Assembly (NCBI GenBank): GCA_002633005.1
Contig: NMRA01000032.1
Location: 476,911 to 540,910, forward strand
DNA length: 64,000 nt
Reading direction: 5' to 3'
Source of the DNA: Phoronis australis
Lineage: Eukaryota; Animalia; Phoronida
The number at the start of each line of letters is the position of its first letter. Position 1 is the first letter of the stretch. Under the pieces are notes generated by a model. The model made no database searches. It saw only the letters and a program-made list of their open reading frames with translations, and was not told where the DNA came from. Positions 1 to 11,909 of the stretch are shown one piece after another. Made by a program: the position numbers and the translations under genes.

Positions 1-1533
1 TCAACATTACGCAACATATCACAAGTCACTACTCTGCAGTAGGCCTTTACTGTCAAAAACGCCAATTCATCCGCATGATTTAGTTGCACATTCTTCGCCA
101 AAAATTGGGGTTCTTGCGTGAGATTCGATGCCCGTGCGCAGAACCGGGTTAACACTGACTTGCCTGCAAAGCGTAAACACACATATATTGAAACATGTCC
201 ATGTGTAAAGTGGAGCAGCTATTAATCCGCCTTTAATAAACAACCTTTGACTTATTCCTCCTGCAGTTATGACATTGGTCTTAAATTGTCCCTTAGTTAC
301 ATTAGAGGATATTTGAGGGCATGGAGAAAATTTATAGTTCGTCATTGCTTGAAAATATCAGGTTGTAAGTTGACCTGTCATGGCGGATAATTTTATGCAC
401 AGAGCGAGATCTCAAAGAATAGCAAAATGCCATTTTCCCGCCAAACCCAGAAACCGCTTCACGTCTGACTCAGGAACAATTTGAGGTCAGCTTTATTGTG
501 GTCTAAAACAAAGGTTTCTTAGACGCAACACAACATCCTCTCCGAATCCACCAATGTTGTTGTATCTATTTTTGATAGTGTGTCATGCAAAAGCAGAACT
601 ACTCTCCCTAACAGCAATCGCCCACAGTATCCGAACAGTTCATATGAATCTGATCAACCATTTCTGAGACGCGATGATGTTCCGGAGACAGCAGCACATT
701 TTCTTTTAAACTATGGCTTTAGAATAATTCCTAACCGTTTCTGATGCAGGGAAGTGACGTTGCGATGGGCCCGCCCCGTGGCTAGGGTGCTAACGCAGCG
801 ACACAAGACAAAGCGAGGACGCCTGAAGAAACCAAGATCGATCTTAAAGAACATCGACGATATTATCCGCATACGGAAAAACACCAAGATTTACAAAATT
901 ACGGTGATTTAGCCGTTGCATAGTTCTTTTTCACGTTGTCGAGCGACTGAAATTTTGTTAAACTATGAATACAACTACAAAAACAACTTTTCTTGAGTAA
1001 CAGGGAATTGTCTTTATTGCTGACTTCTAAAACAGGTAACATAAGCTCTAAGGAGCATTTATTTTATAAAAAAAATGAAACAAATAAAGCCAAATTTAAA
1101 AGATGATAAATTATCATTCAAACTTCATGAAAGACTACGATTGCTTTACATACAATCATACAAAGTAAATATGAATGCGACGGCCATTTTGTATGAATGC
1201 GGTGGCCATTTTTCAGAAATAACCTCTGCAGTAAACGGTGGATAAATTAACCACGTGACTGGTGATCACAATTATAACAGATTATCGTAGCTACCAACTT
1301 GCGATAATATCGGAGGCAAAACTGGAACTCTTCAAATCTGTGTTTCGGCATTTCATTGTATCCGTCTTCAGTCCTTAACAACTAAATTTTGAAAACCAAC
1401 TCTGTGTTTAGGAATGAAAATCCACCTTTATGGAAAAAAGAGTAACAAGCCCTTTTTATTTATAATGTTAAATGCAGTGCGAAATTCCTAAACTTTACTT
1501 ATTTATTGCGAAAAATTTCATGGAAATGCACGC

Positions 1534-1603
1534 CAGTATTAAGATTGACTGGTTTTCGCTGATTATTTTAATAATCAGCGAAAACCAGTCAAGCTTAATA
1601 CTG
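1534..1603. repeat. Near-perfect 70-bp palindrome (34-bp arms, 2-nt loop, 1 mismatch)
   Basis: cagtattaagattgactggttttcgctgattatt-tt-aataatcagcgaaaaccagtcaagcttaatactg. Confidence 0.9.
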
Positions 1604-1808
1604 TTAAAACAGTTACAAAATCGTTCTATTGTACCTAAATCACGGAGTGTGAAATGTTTACTTGTTTGTAAACATGCACAGGTTAGTAATTCATACCATA
1701 ATTTTAAAAATCACGATTCAACAACTGAATAACATCAGCGCAAACGAAATTACGCCAAAATATTTTGTTCCCAAAAACATAGTTTTTCGTGAGAAAATGA
1801 TGCAGTGA

Positions 1809-1898
1809 CATGGGCGGCGCACCATAGGGGGCTAAGGGGCCACAGCTCCCACTTACTTCAGTGCTGCGCCCCCCCATAAACATGGCCATGGTCCCATG
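1809..1898. mobile_element. Tiny hAT-like MITE (CATGGG...CCCATG termini)
   Basis: Terminal inverted repeat catggg/cccatg with an imperfect 8-bp TSD tgcagtga/tctagtga. Related to the 37-bp copy at 3183-3219. Confidence 0.5.
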
Positions 1899-1997
1899 TC
1901 TAGTGAACAAAAATATTTTGTCTAAAAGTTTTGAAACTTTTAACAAATACTCAACTTTCATTACACCCCGACATTGAGGCTATTGTACATCAGTTTT

Positions 1998-2564
1998 TCA
2001 AAACATGTCGTTAAAAATGTCAGAAATTGACATAAAATGCAATGCTTGTATCACTCCACCACGAAGACGGAGAACTAGATTTATATTAGAATGTCTCTCT
2101 ATTCTGTAATCAGAGAGGAGGCGTCCGTCTTCGAGTTGTTTGCCGCCGCAAATGAGACGCTGCTCCTTTGTTGGCACGTTCTCTCGTTCCTCGACCTTTC
2201 TTTTCAAACTTTCGACAGTGTCGTTCAATCGGACATCCACGGTCATGGTTTTCCCAGAGAGGGTCCTGACAAAAATTTGTACCGGACCCGTTTCAGGCAC
2301 GTATGGTCTTCTTCTTTGACGATATTTCTGAATCAGTTGCTCCATGATCGTATTGGGCTCGAGTCTCTTGCCGCGGGTAGGGACGTCGTGCTGGCGCCTG
2401 CAGTAAGGACACGCATACTTGCCCGCAGCTTTTTTCGACTGTATATGAGTCGTAACACAGCTTTTACAAAAGATGTGCTTACAAGGAAGAGACACTGGTC
2501 TTTCGTAAATATCTTTGCAGATGGGGCACGACAAATGCTCCTCTATATCCAGCGGCTTCTCCAT
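1998..2564 (-). CDS. RING finger (C3HC4, TRIM-like) - ubiquitin-like domain fusion protein, 188 aa
   Basis: Residues 13-55 ([17 protein letters not shown]) form a C3HC4 RING, followed by a TRIM-like PNxxMxxL helix. Residues 95-170 align without gaps to ubiquitin (44/76 identical by hand) and end LVLRLRGG, followed by an 18-aa tail. A splice acceptor (tatttcag|aaaaATG, AG at 2570-2569) lies 4 nt before the ATG, implying a 5'UTR intron. Confidence 0.9.
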   Translation of the reverse strand: MEKPLDIEEHLSCPICKDIYERPVSLPCKHIFCKSCVTTHIQSKKAAGKYACPYCRRQHDVPTRGKRLEPNTIMEQLIQKYRQRRRPYVPETGPVQIFVRTLSGKTMTVDVRLNDTVESLKRKVEERENVPTKEQRLICGGKQLEDGRLLSDYRIERHSNINLVLRLRGGVIQALHFMSISDIFNDMF

Positions 2565-3182
2565 TTTTCTGAAATATTTTAAGTTATAGTTACAGTCTTA
2601 TCTTAAGACAATGTTCATCTAACACAAAGCAGTAGGGCTTCGCTACATATAGACCATAGAATTTGTGAATAATTTTTATTCGATTGTAAACTTTTTGTGT
2701 CAGGAACGAACAATAACTACTGCGTTCAGAATTCAGACAAACGTGTTCAGATGTGGAATTTTGTAAGAGGGCGGGTGGAACGTTTGATAACACGGCAGAC
2801 AGGACGCTTAAAACACGCGTTCACAAAGGCGTCATATCTATTGTCGTGCACCGAGTACGTTCGAAATGTGAACGTTTCGGCCCATCACGTGCAATACCAT
2901 TGTGTGAACAAATCGCGCCACTCGAATGTTAGCTTCTAACGTAAGATGGCAGACTTGTCGTTTGATTTGGAGCCTGTCGACAAGAAAGCTGATCAGATGT
3001 CTGGCAAGTGTTAACAAGTGATTTTGCGAGACGGTGGATCGGAAATCTACGGAACTCCAAGCTTGTCAGTTTTTAACGCGTACGCTTTTTACTCGTTAGC
3101 CTGCACGCATTGCATAAAGCGTTAGTTGTAACGTAACGAATTCCAACAACGTGTTGATTACTAAGTCTTATACTGAAGTAGT

Positions 3183-3219
3183 CATGGGCGGCGCAGCACC
3201 CCATAAAGCTCCGCCCATG
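3183..3219. mobile_element. 37-bp mini-MITE of the same CATGGGCGG family
   Basis: catgggcgg...ccgcccatg 9-bp TIR. Shares catgggcggcgca and ccccataaa with 1809-1898. Degenerate flanks gaagtagt/gaactacg. Confidence 0.45.
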
Positions 3220-5881
3220 GAACTACGTAGGACCACTTAACCCTTTCATTCATGCGGCGTGAGCTGATTCAGCTTCTGGCTAACGCAATGGAATTCGCTG
3301 GCAACTGTTGTTGTCTTGCTGGTGTATTATAGAGGTGTATGAGTTGACATGGGAAATGATCCCGGCCAAAGAAGAACACTCTCGACTGAGTGGTTCCGAC
3401 ATGTTTGTGATGGGTTAGTGAATTGAGACACATATCATCGATAAATCACCACAGAGGACTAAGACTGCTTTCAATCTGTTTGGTATGAGCTCCCTCTTAT
3501 GGACCAGTCATGAAAACCTAATGCCCTAGCTAACAGGGATGAGTTCTGAATTATAGCCATTACGTCAGTTTGTAAGTTCAGTATCGTTGATTTTGACCGA
3601 GTTACTAGATTGTTGATAAAAACAATTACGGTTTTAAAATCGACTTGACATATTTTCTCTCTTCTCTGATGGTGTTTGAATAAATGACACCGAAAAATGT
3701 CAAGTCGATTTAAAACCGTAGTTGTTTTTATCAATATATGCTGCTACTTGCTATCATGGAGTCACTAGATTGTGAATTTAGTGACTGATTTGGGCCATTG
3801 CACGTGGGATATATAAATAAAAACGAATAACAGCATACAGAACATCAATATCTCAGTCTAATAAAAAGTTCAGAACCGTAGCATTACAAACTGTCAGACC
3901 AGGCAAGCGATTCGTTACACACGTCCACTACAACTTAAACGTGAATTAATGCGTTATTTAATGAAATCAGGCCTTACGCGCTGACGTGTAAAACCTGCTC
4001 GCCTGAAATATTGACAGGCTTGAAATTTTATAGACGTCGCATTGGACGGAATGTGAATGCTGCAAACGTCGATCATAACTTTGATGCATACTCGTCATGT
4101 CATTTCCGGTGGCTTGGATCCAAAACGGAGTTCAATGGCAGATATTTATTTTAGCCGTTGGCATGTTACACTGAAACAAATCATACAACTTGAACAGTTT
4201 CACAACCTAATAGGTGGGTGTTTATTACCTTGGCAAGGATATACGATGCGATATCTCCCTCTCTCTGAATTATATCCTATATATTCCATACATTACAATC
4301 TTCAGAATTTCACCGATGAAAATTGGAGAGTTAAAAACAAAATTACCCACTTTCGACCTATCCCATCTCTGTACCAAAGAAAACAAACATTTTTATGGAA
4401 GTGTACCAAGAAAACCCGAAACCAAACATGAATACAAGAAACATGAAAATATATGGCTCCGAGTTTCTACTCACATATTCACTCTTCTTCGAGTTATATC
4501 ATTCCGGAAACTGAGAGACTGAAGCTGACAAACGCAAGGTATTCTTTCAACAAATTCACAATTGGACTATAGCTATTAATGTCATTAAATAATTCTGCAC
4601 AAAAGTAAGTATTGCACCTACAAGTTTACTCACCTCGGAATTTTCAAGCTGACAATTAGGCGTTGCGGTACCCCTGTCATGTAACAACAACGACAAGCTT
4701 ACTTTCTGTTCAACCAACAAACAATAAAACCCCAGTCGATAAGTGTATTTGACAGCTATATAGGTTTAAATACAATGCGTCCATAACGGACTGGTTCGTA
4801 TCAAAAATGCGCTGATAAGGTTTTCTAATCAACTAGTTATCATTTCTATATTGTTCTTGAACGTTTATCAAGCTAGGCGGAATTAGTATCAATGTAGATA
4901 ATCCCGATAAAACAGTTTTCATACAATGACACAAATTTGCTAATCTCAACGGAGAGGTCATTCTTCCTAAATAAGGACTTATATCAAAGGGACATTTCGT
5001 TCTATCGTAAATCAGGTTATTCATGCAGATAAAATATGTTCGCCAAGCATGTTAGAAATGATTTTCATTCCCAAACGGATCAGTCAGGGCATCGACAAAA
5101 AAGAGTGCCGAAATACATCCCAGGGATGACTAATCCGTCCAAAACTTTCCAGACTGTTTCGACGATTTCTCACTTTTTTAGTGAAAGAAATTTCATGCAT
5201 TTATGGAAAGATCAATTCAATCAGTCTATGTTTTAATCGTTATGCCCAGATGTGCACTTAGAAATAGGTGATATACTACATATGTTATCTTATACGCGTT
5301 GAATCAGTCGAGTGCAATACGGCCATGTGATATTGTTTTCCGTATCCCCCTCCCGCACTAATTCAACAGTGTCCTCTGACATAGAAAGTTCAAAAGGTAG
5401 GTCAATTTCGACTCGAGGTCATTAGGCGGTTCGACCATCAAACTTTCCCAAAATAGTTTGAAGTAATACAATTGCATCAGTATGAATAACACTCAACATG
5501 CAATCAGGTCCCAAACGTAACATCTGGAACAAAACTTAATTATTTAACACTTCTGTCTCAGTTTTCAATTGATAAATATCATATCGTCTGCAACTCAGGC
5601 GCCGATTCCTCGGTAACTACAATATCAAACATTGTTGTAATTTACCTGTTTTCAGGAAATATAACAAGTTCAATGCACAACTAACGTCATTTCATCTTTA
5701 TCATTTCTTTTCAAATAATAAATCGTTACATTTAAAACTGGTTCTTTTACTAGAGAAAACTTGTAACCCAACACACAGGATGTGATCCGCCACGAAAATC
5801 TACCGAAAAATGAAAGAAACTTAGGAATTCGAAGCCTATGGGATAAATACAAAACGTACCTCGATTAGCGTAGATGAAGTA

Positions 5882-7887
5882 ATATCACACTAGACATTAT
5901 TCAGCTTATCGACCGATGTCGGAGGTCTCGGTCCATACACGGAATAATGTCTAATGGTCTGATTTCTACTTGATCTGTGCCAAGTTGCATGAAAAAGTCT
6001 CAAATAAGGATTCAACCAAATTCCCAAAATCTAAAGCGTATTTGTGGGCTTGTGGAAACAATGAGTTGAGTCTACATTTAATTCTCAATGTTATTGAAAA
6101 TAACTTGGGGTCTTTTCAAGTAACGCCCCTAATTTAAGGACTAAGCCCTAATTGTTTTGAATCATTTAACGACTCAGTTTTCAGGTATATTATTAGAAAA
6201 TATTATTATTCAAATAATAGCTCTTAATTAAGATAAAATGACAGAAAAGTACAACACCTGCGAACAGATAACGAAAAAACATGCAGAAGGAATAGGGAAG
6301 TTAGTTGAGTCACTCTTTGGAACTGTTTCATACAACCAGGCACTGGGGACTAAGTAAGAAATCCTCCTTTATCAGATTTGAATATGACATATATTTTACC
6401 TACCCCGGTAATGTGTTCTGCTTCAATCAGGTCCAGGTCAGCAGAGGAAGTATCCATTCTCTCTGGCGAGTCTTTTGGCAGACACCAGTACTCCCCCAAC
6501 CATATGACTGACTCTCGGATCCGGTTGCAAACCATGTCTCTGGACTGGATCCCTGCACTGACCCTGACTCAACAGATGTTCCAGAACCACTGGATGAAGC
6601 AGCATCAGTTTACTGTTGAGATTCCACCAGTCCAGACACTCCGGCAGGCTCAGATTACACAATTTGTTCTGCATTTCCACCTTCCTCGGAGTTCCTCAAT
6701 TTCCGGGAGTACCCCCATGTAAACCTGTGCCTTGTTCAGCAAATTTTCTACAAGAGTACATCTAATGGGATCACCCACGTTCTTTAAAAGCAACCACAGA
6801 CTGGTACGTTAACTGCGNTTATTACATGTTCTCAGTCGTTATCCCCCTTATCTAGAGCCCTCGTGAATTTTGCAAAATTATCACCCTCGGGGCTGACGCC
6901 CCTCGGGCGATAATTCTCCAAAATCCACTCGGGCTCTAGATAACGGGGGATAATGACTTCGCCATGTAATAATCTATATCCCACTAGACATTATTCCGCT
7001 TATCGACTGATGTCGGAGGTCTCGGTCCATACACGGAATAATGTCTAATGGTCTGATTTCTACTTGATCTGTGCCCAGTTGCATGAAAAAGTCTCAAATA
7101 AGGATTCAACCAAATTCCCAAAATCTAAAGCGTATTTGTGGGCTTGTGGAAACAACGAGTTGAGTCTACGTTTAATTCTCAATGTTATTGAAAATAACTT
7201 GGGGTCTTTTCATGTAACGCCCCTAATTTAAGGACTGAGCCCTAATTATTTTGAATCATTTAACGACTCAGTTTTCAGGTATATTATTAGAAAATATTAT
7301 TATTCAAATAATAGCTCTTAATTAAGATAAAATGACAGAAAAATACAACACCTGCGAACAGATAACGAAAAAACATGCAGAAGGAATATGGAAGTTAGTT
7401 GAGTCACTCTTTGGAACTGTTTCATACAACCAATCCTCCTTTATCAGATTTGAATATGAAATATATTTTACCTACCCCGGTAATGTGTTCTGCTTCAATC
7501 AGGTCCAGGTCAGCAGAGGACGTATCCATTCTCTCTGGCGAGTCTTTTGGCTGACACCAATACTCCCCCAACCATATGACTGACTCGTATCGGGTTGCAA
7601 ACCATGTCTCTGGACTGGATCCCTGCACTGATCCTGACTCAACAGATGTTCCAGAACCACTGGATGAAGCAGCATCAGTTTACTGTTGAGATTCCACCAG
7701 TCCAGACACTCCGGCAGGCTCAGATTACACAATTTGTTCTGCATTTCCACCTTCCTCGGAGTTCCTCAATTTCCGGGAGTACCCCCATGTAAACCTGTGC
7801 CTTGTTCAGCAAATTTTCTACAAGAGTACATCTAATGGGATCACCCACGTTCTTTAAAAGCAACCACAGACTGGTACGTTAACTGCG
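5882..7887. repeat. ~0.9 kb direct duplication (5882-6817 vs 6976-7887) around an N; probable uncollapsed haplotype overlap
   Basis: The copies are nearly identical and copy 1 ends exactly at the 'n' (6818). Copy 1 has an extra ~23 nt (ggcactggggactaagtaagaa); copy 2 is preceded by a palindromic element. Confidence 0.85.
6819..6977. repeat. ~160-bp palindromic (fold-back) dispersed repeat, copy 1
   Basis: ttattacatg..tctagagccctcgtg..ccctcgggg ctgac gcccctcggg..cactcgggctctaga..catgtaataa. The same unit occurs at 40865-41020 and 43892-44050. Confidence 0.85.
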
Positions 7888-8019
7888 ATTACTTCTGGGG
7901 TGCACGGCACCCAACGCTGTTCCCTCAAGAGGATACTGCTGTATAGCGCGCTTAGGCAGGTTCATAGGATGCTCATCGCATCAAGGACAGTATTAGGTGG
8001 AGAACTAGTCAAAAGACAA

Positions 8020-8365
8020 TCGACTATGGTCGGGCGGTCTGCCCAGCTAAGAGATCCGTCTAGTCCTACTATGATCGGCCAGTCTTCTTGGGGATACTTG
8101 GCAGGACCGACTACGGTCAGTTGACCTCGATAGTGACGTTTGACGCGACCGACTATGGACAGCTGCTATCCTCGAAGACGTATCTCGAGGTCAACTATAG
8201 TCGACCAATGTCTGGAGTGACGATATTGCTTAGTTCCGGCTTAGGTTGGCCGCATCACCAACTATGGTCGGCCGATATCAGGGGTGGGAATGTGAGTCGG
8301 CCCAACCGTGGTCGGCCGCTCTTCATGGTGGTTCCGTTTGCCAGCGCCAACTATGGTCCGCTGGT
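8020..8365. repeat. Array of a short quasi-palindromic motif (consensus CC(G/A)ACTATGGTCGGCC) spaced ~42-45 bp apart with dissimilar spacers
   Basis: Motif cores start at 8023, 8068, 8110, 8152, 8194, 8239, 8261, 8305 and 8350. Confidence 0.7.
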
Positions 8366-8875
8366 CTTCTCGTCGACGACGTATACCTTGGGCACTTTGA
8401 AAAGTTAACGTCGAGATGGACGCGTTTCTACAGCCTCTTTGATAGGGTCACCGCCTCACCCGACTTCGATCACAACGACCAGCAGACCTATGAGGTTGGC
8501 AAGAGTCAAACGGCTGCTCCGGGTTTCCCAATGGGTCCGCAACGTCCTGCAGCGCTCCCAAACGACCACCTACATGTTGACAACCTCTATTCTAAAATGA
8601 GTTGAAAGAACAATTCAGTACCCGTGTCATTCCTATCCTGAATGGGCAAATTACGAGCCCAATATACACTTGAATTCCTGAATAGCTGTAACCCCTTCCT
8701 GTGTTAACTGAAAACAGGCAGCATGGTACCACTGTTTGCAATCGCCACATTGCACCATGGTGAAACCATCGTCAGGTTTTTGACAGATACAATACAGCTG
8801 AAGTTCAATGAACGGGGCTGTGATTTTACGCTTCCAAAAGTTTGGGATCGTTTTGCAGCCTTAAGATCCATTCTG

Positions 8876-9276
8876 GGCCCGGTCTCCAATCTTTTTACTC
8901 GAAATGGAACTCGAAATTATGTTTGGCATTTTCTACTCTACTTTTGTGCGAACTCAAGATAAGTGTCTATTATTCTATGCTCGAGTACACAATAACTGAC
9001 GTGGATAATTTATTGCCCTTAGTTCACAGTTTGTAAACCCAATATTAAAGCAATAAATTCGAGTTTGAACTCGAAATTTCGAGTTTTTACTCGAGTTTGT
9101 AGCACAAATATAAGGGTCTTCAAGGGAAAACTTGAACTAGAAACTCCTATGCATAAACTATTATGTATTTGAGCACAGTCTGATAACCAATTATCTTAAG
9201 TTCGCACAAAAGGAGCAGAGAAATTGCCAATAATAGTTTCGAGTTCGTTTCGAGTACAAAGATTAGAGACCGGGCC
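8876..9276. mobile_element. MITE with ~85-bp imperfect TIRs (GGCCCGGTCTC...GAGACCGGGCC), PIF/Harbinger-like
   Basis: ggcccggtctccaatctttttactcgaaatggaactcgaaatt.. mirrors ..tagtttcgagttcgtttcgagtacaaagattagagaccgggcc. 3-bp flanks ctg/gtg. Confidence 0.75.
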
Positions 9277-11909
9277 GTGGTAATTAGACGTGTTTACATC
9301 ACTTCAGCTTGATTGCATGTTCCCACTAAGCGTTATAATCTCACCTTAAACAACAGATTTGAAATTCTGGCTACTATAATGGCGGAATCAGACCAAGGAG
9401 GATACACATTTTCACTTTGATCCTTTGGTATGGCATCTCTGAAAACACGAACTGGATCATCCTCTTGGGAACCAAACTTCCGCAATACCCGTTTGGCCCT
9501 CTGAAAACTTGGTTTCACAATTTTGTTTATCAATGCACTGGGATGAATGATAATATTATCATTTTATTTTTTCTTATTCGTACTTTTAGTCTAATCACAC
9601 TCCTGACATCAAAATGCAATGTGACTCGTAGGCATATCAGCCTTACCCGAATTATCGAGTAGACGAATAATTAGTACATTATTCACTTCACAAGAATTCA
9701 TAAGTATCCAGGATGATAGAGACGGACGGCGGGATCAAGATTCGAAGTAGCACACTGCAGTGACGGATATTTCGAATAAGTACCAAGTGGCGCTCTCAGC
9801 AAGCAGCTCTCCCCATTCTTTGACATTTAGCGTAGATCTCCATCAAGACAATAAGACAATGATCGTGTGACAAACCAGTCACAGAACAAAAAGCAAAAAA
9901 GGACATTTATACAAAAGTGTGAATAGTGTTGAACAGTAAGTATCTATGTTCTGACAACAAATACAAGATGCTCATCTCACGAGAAAGTACTGAGGTCTTA
10001 AGCTGCATTCTCGAGAGAGATTGATTGTGTGCCTCGAATGGAACCTAATGACATCACGATTCAGTTCTCCGCAGATAGACTACCGACAGCGAATAGCAAT
10101 GACAGAATATAACGTCTCTGTAGTCAATTACATTAATGACATTCAAACAAACTTCCTCAGCCGAGCAGATAAGGCCTGACGAAGTCCCGCCGCGAACGAA
10201 GTTGTACTTATACATGCGAGAGTACCAGCAATCCACTGGGGGAGGGGGGTCGGCGATTATCATCGATCTTGGTACACAGGTAGTCCTAAGAGACCTATAA
10301 TCAGTGATAAACTATTTTCCGATTTACACACTACAACCACTTTTATTACGGCATTGATGCATACTTTTCAAATCCAAAGTACAATGTATTTACAGGCAAC
10401 GTCTGTCCTGGAGTTCGGCGCCTTTTGCTGTCACGGAGATGGTCTGGGGAGGGGATTAATGCAGCAGGATATCCCCAATGATACCGTCTGTGACAGGTAT
10501 TACAGGTATACCCAAAAAGTATCAATTTTAAATCTTGTATCTACTCCTTGGATGAAAACTATAACAATGACATTGTTAAGTGACGCTAACGGATATTCAA
10601 ATGTCTAACAAAAAACCAATGATTCATCACCACATTTAGTAGTTTTACCAAACTATCCCTCAAAGGCCGTTTTGAACCTACCTTGTTTGCACTACGACAT
10701 CGCATCTGCTCCCAATGCTAGGAGGAATGAAATTTACCCTAAATACTGACAAAGTAAGTTACTTCCATCATATAAAATAAAAAAGATGTCAGTTTTGTAT
10801 TTTGGTTCCTCTAACCTACTACAACGGACACTTGTCAAATGCCTGGGATGATTTTGACGACACTCAGTAACAGCCAGTCGTCGATTTTTTACGAGAAATA
10901 ATTTCGCAGAGAAAAATAGAGAAATTATCCCTCAGCCACGCCTTCCTAGTTGCTGGTCACATTTTCTCAATACCCGGTATGCGAGGTATAATGACTCGTA
11001 ATCCAACTGTTTGTAAACAATAATATGGCATCCAAAATAGTTCAAGACGACCAGGTAAGACCCGATTACATCACATAAGAGTGTGCGTGGTATATTCACT
11101 GACTGGTAGATAACAAGTAAATGAAAAGCTGTGATCATGACAGAAATACACTAGAAACTAAATTCAACACTTCCTAATCTTTAGATAATTTTACGAGTTT
11201 TGTCAGAGTTTGCAAAGTTTGTGTTTAAGGTTACGTAGGACTGTATCGACAAGTCTGTACTTTTATAGTCAATACCTACCAAACTATAGAATTATACTCG
11301 GGAAAAGTATGTATTTTCTGCGAGTAGAAATTCCGTAAAATTTGATTTTTGACTTTATATCTATCTGCCACTAATTAAGTCAATTGTTCTTCCTTTTTAG
11401 GAAAAAATTAGCAAAAAATAAAAGTAGAAACAACAGGACCAATCATGCGCGCACCTAGGTGGGCAAAAAGGTATATATGCATTGTTATAAAGGAAGGTTT
11501 AATTATGCTGTCAATGACGCCACTTGTCAAAACAAGATGAGTCGAAGATTTAAGCACTTTAGGGGGACTACAACGTTTCTGCAAGACGTGACGTCATTTT
11601 CAAGTGCTGTCGTGCTTGGTTCCTTCAGCCATGTCCATGCTTCAATTAACTATTGTAACACACTTGCCGATTGGTTCATTTACAAGTACTGACACGTATC
11701 CATCACAAGTCATGCTAAGTAGATCTACTGACCAATCTACGTTGAGGGCGTTCCCTAAAGACCTGAAATGTCTACAAAAGTCGCCGTTTCGAAACTTGGG
11801 TATTAACGACCATAACTTCGGGCCAAACTTTGATCGGGGGAACAGTATCTCGATTTCCGACGACACTCTTAAATTTTTACGTGCCATTGAATTTTACTCG
11901 CATGCTACA

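Noticed and set aside
67-345. 92-aa ORF with KGGLIAAP..IC, faintly like a P-element/THAP9 transposase C-terminus
   Set aside because: The match is too short and there are no supporting motifs or termini.
2091-2582. 163-aa plus-strand ORF
   Set aside because: Antisense shadow of the RING-Ub CDS with no motif.
1809-3219. Two related CATGGGCGG mini-elements flanking the RING-Ub gene, suggesting gene capture by a composite transposon
   Set aside because: Each has its own pair of TIRs and its own degenerate flanking duplication, so they look like independent insertions. The gene also has an upstream splice acceptor.
4634-4705. Minus-strand 72-nt segment with cag|...|gtgagt splice sites, a possible 5'UTR exon of the RING-Ub gene
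   Set aside because: Plausible but unsupported without transcripts; it has a stop in the frame of the ATG.
8020-8365. CRISPR array interpretation of the motif-spacer array
   Set aside because: Repeats are only ~14 bp and degenerate, the context is eukaryotic, and there are no cas genes. Kept only as an unexplained motif array.
10176-10202. ctgacgaagtcc...cgaa hammerhead-like string
   Set aside because: It lacks GAAA and a paired stem II.
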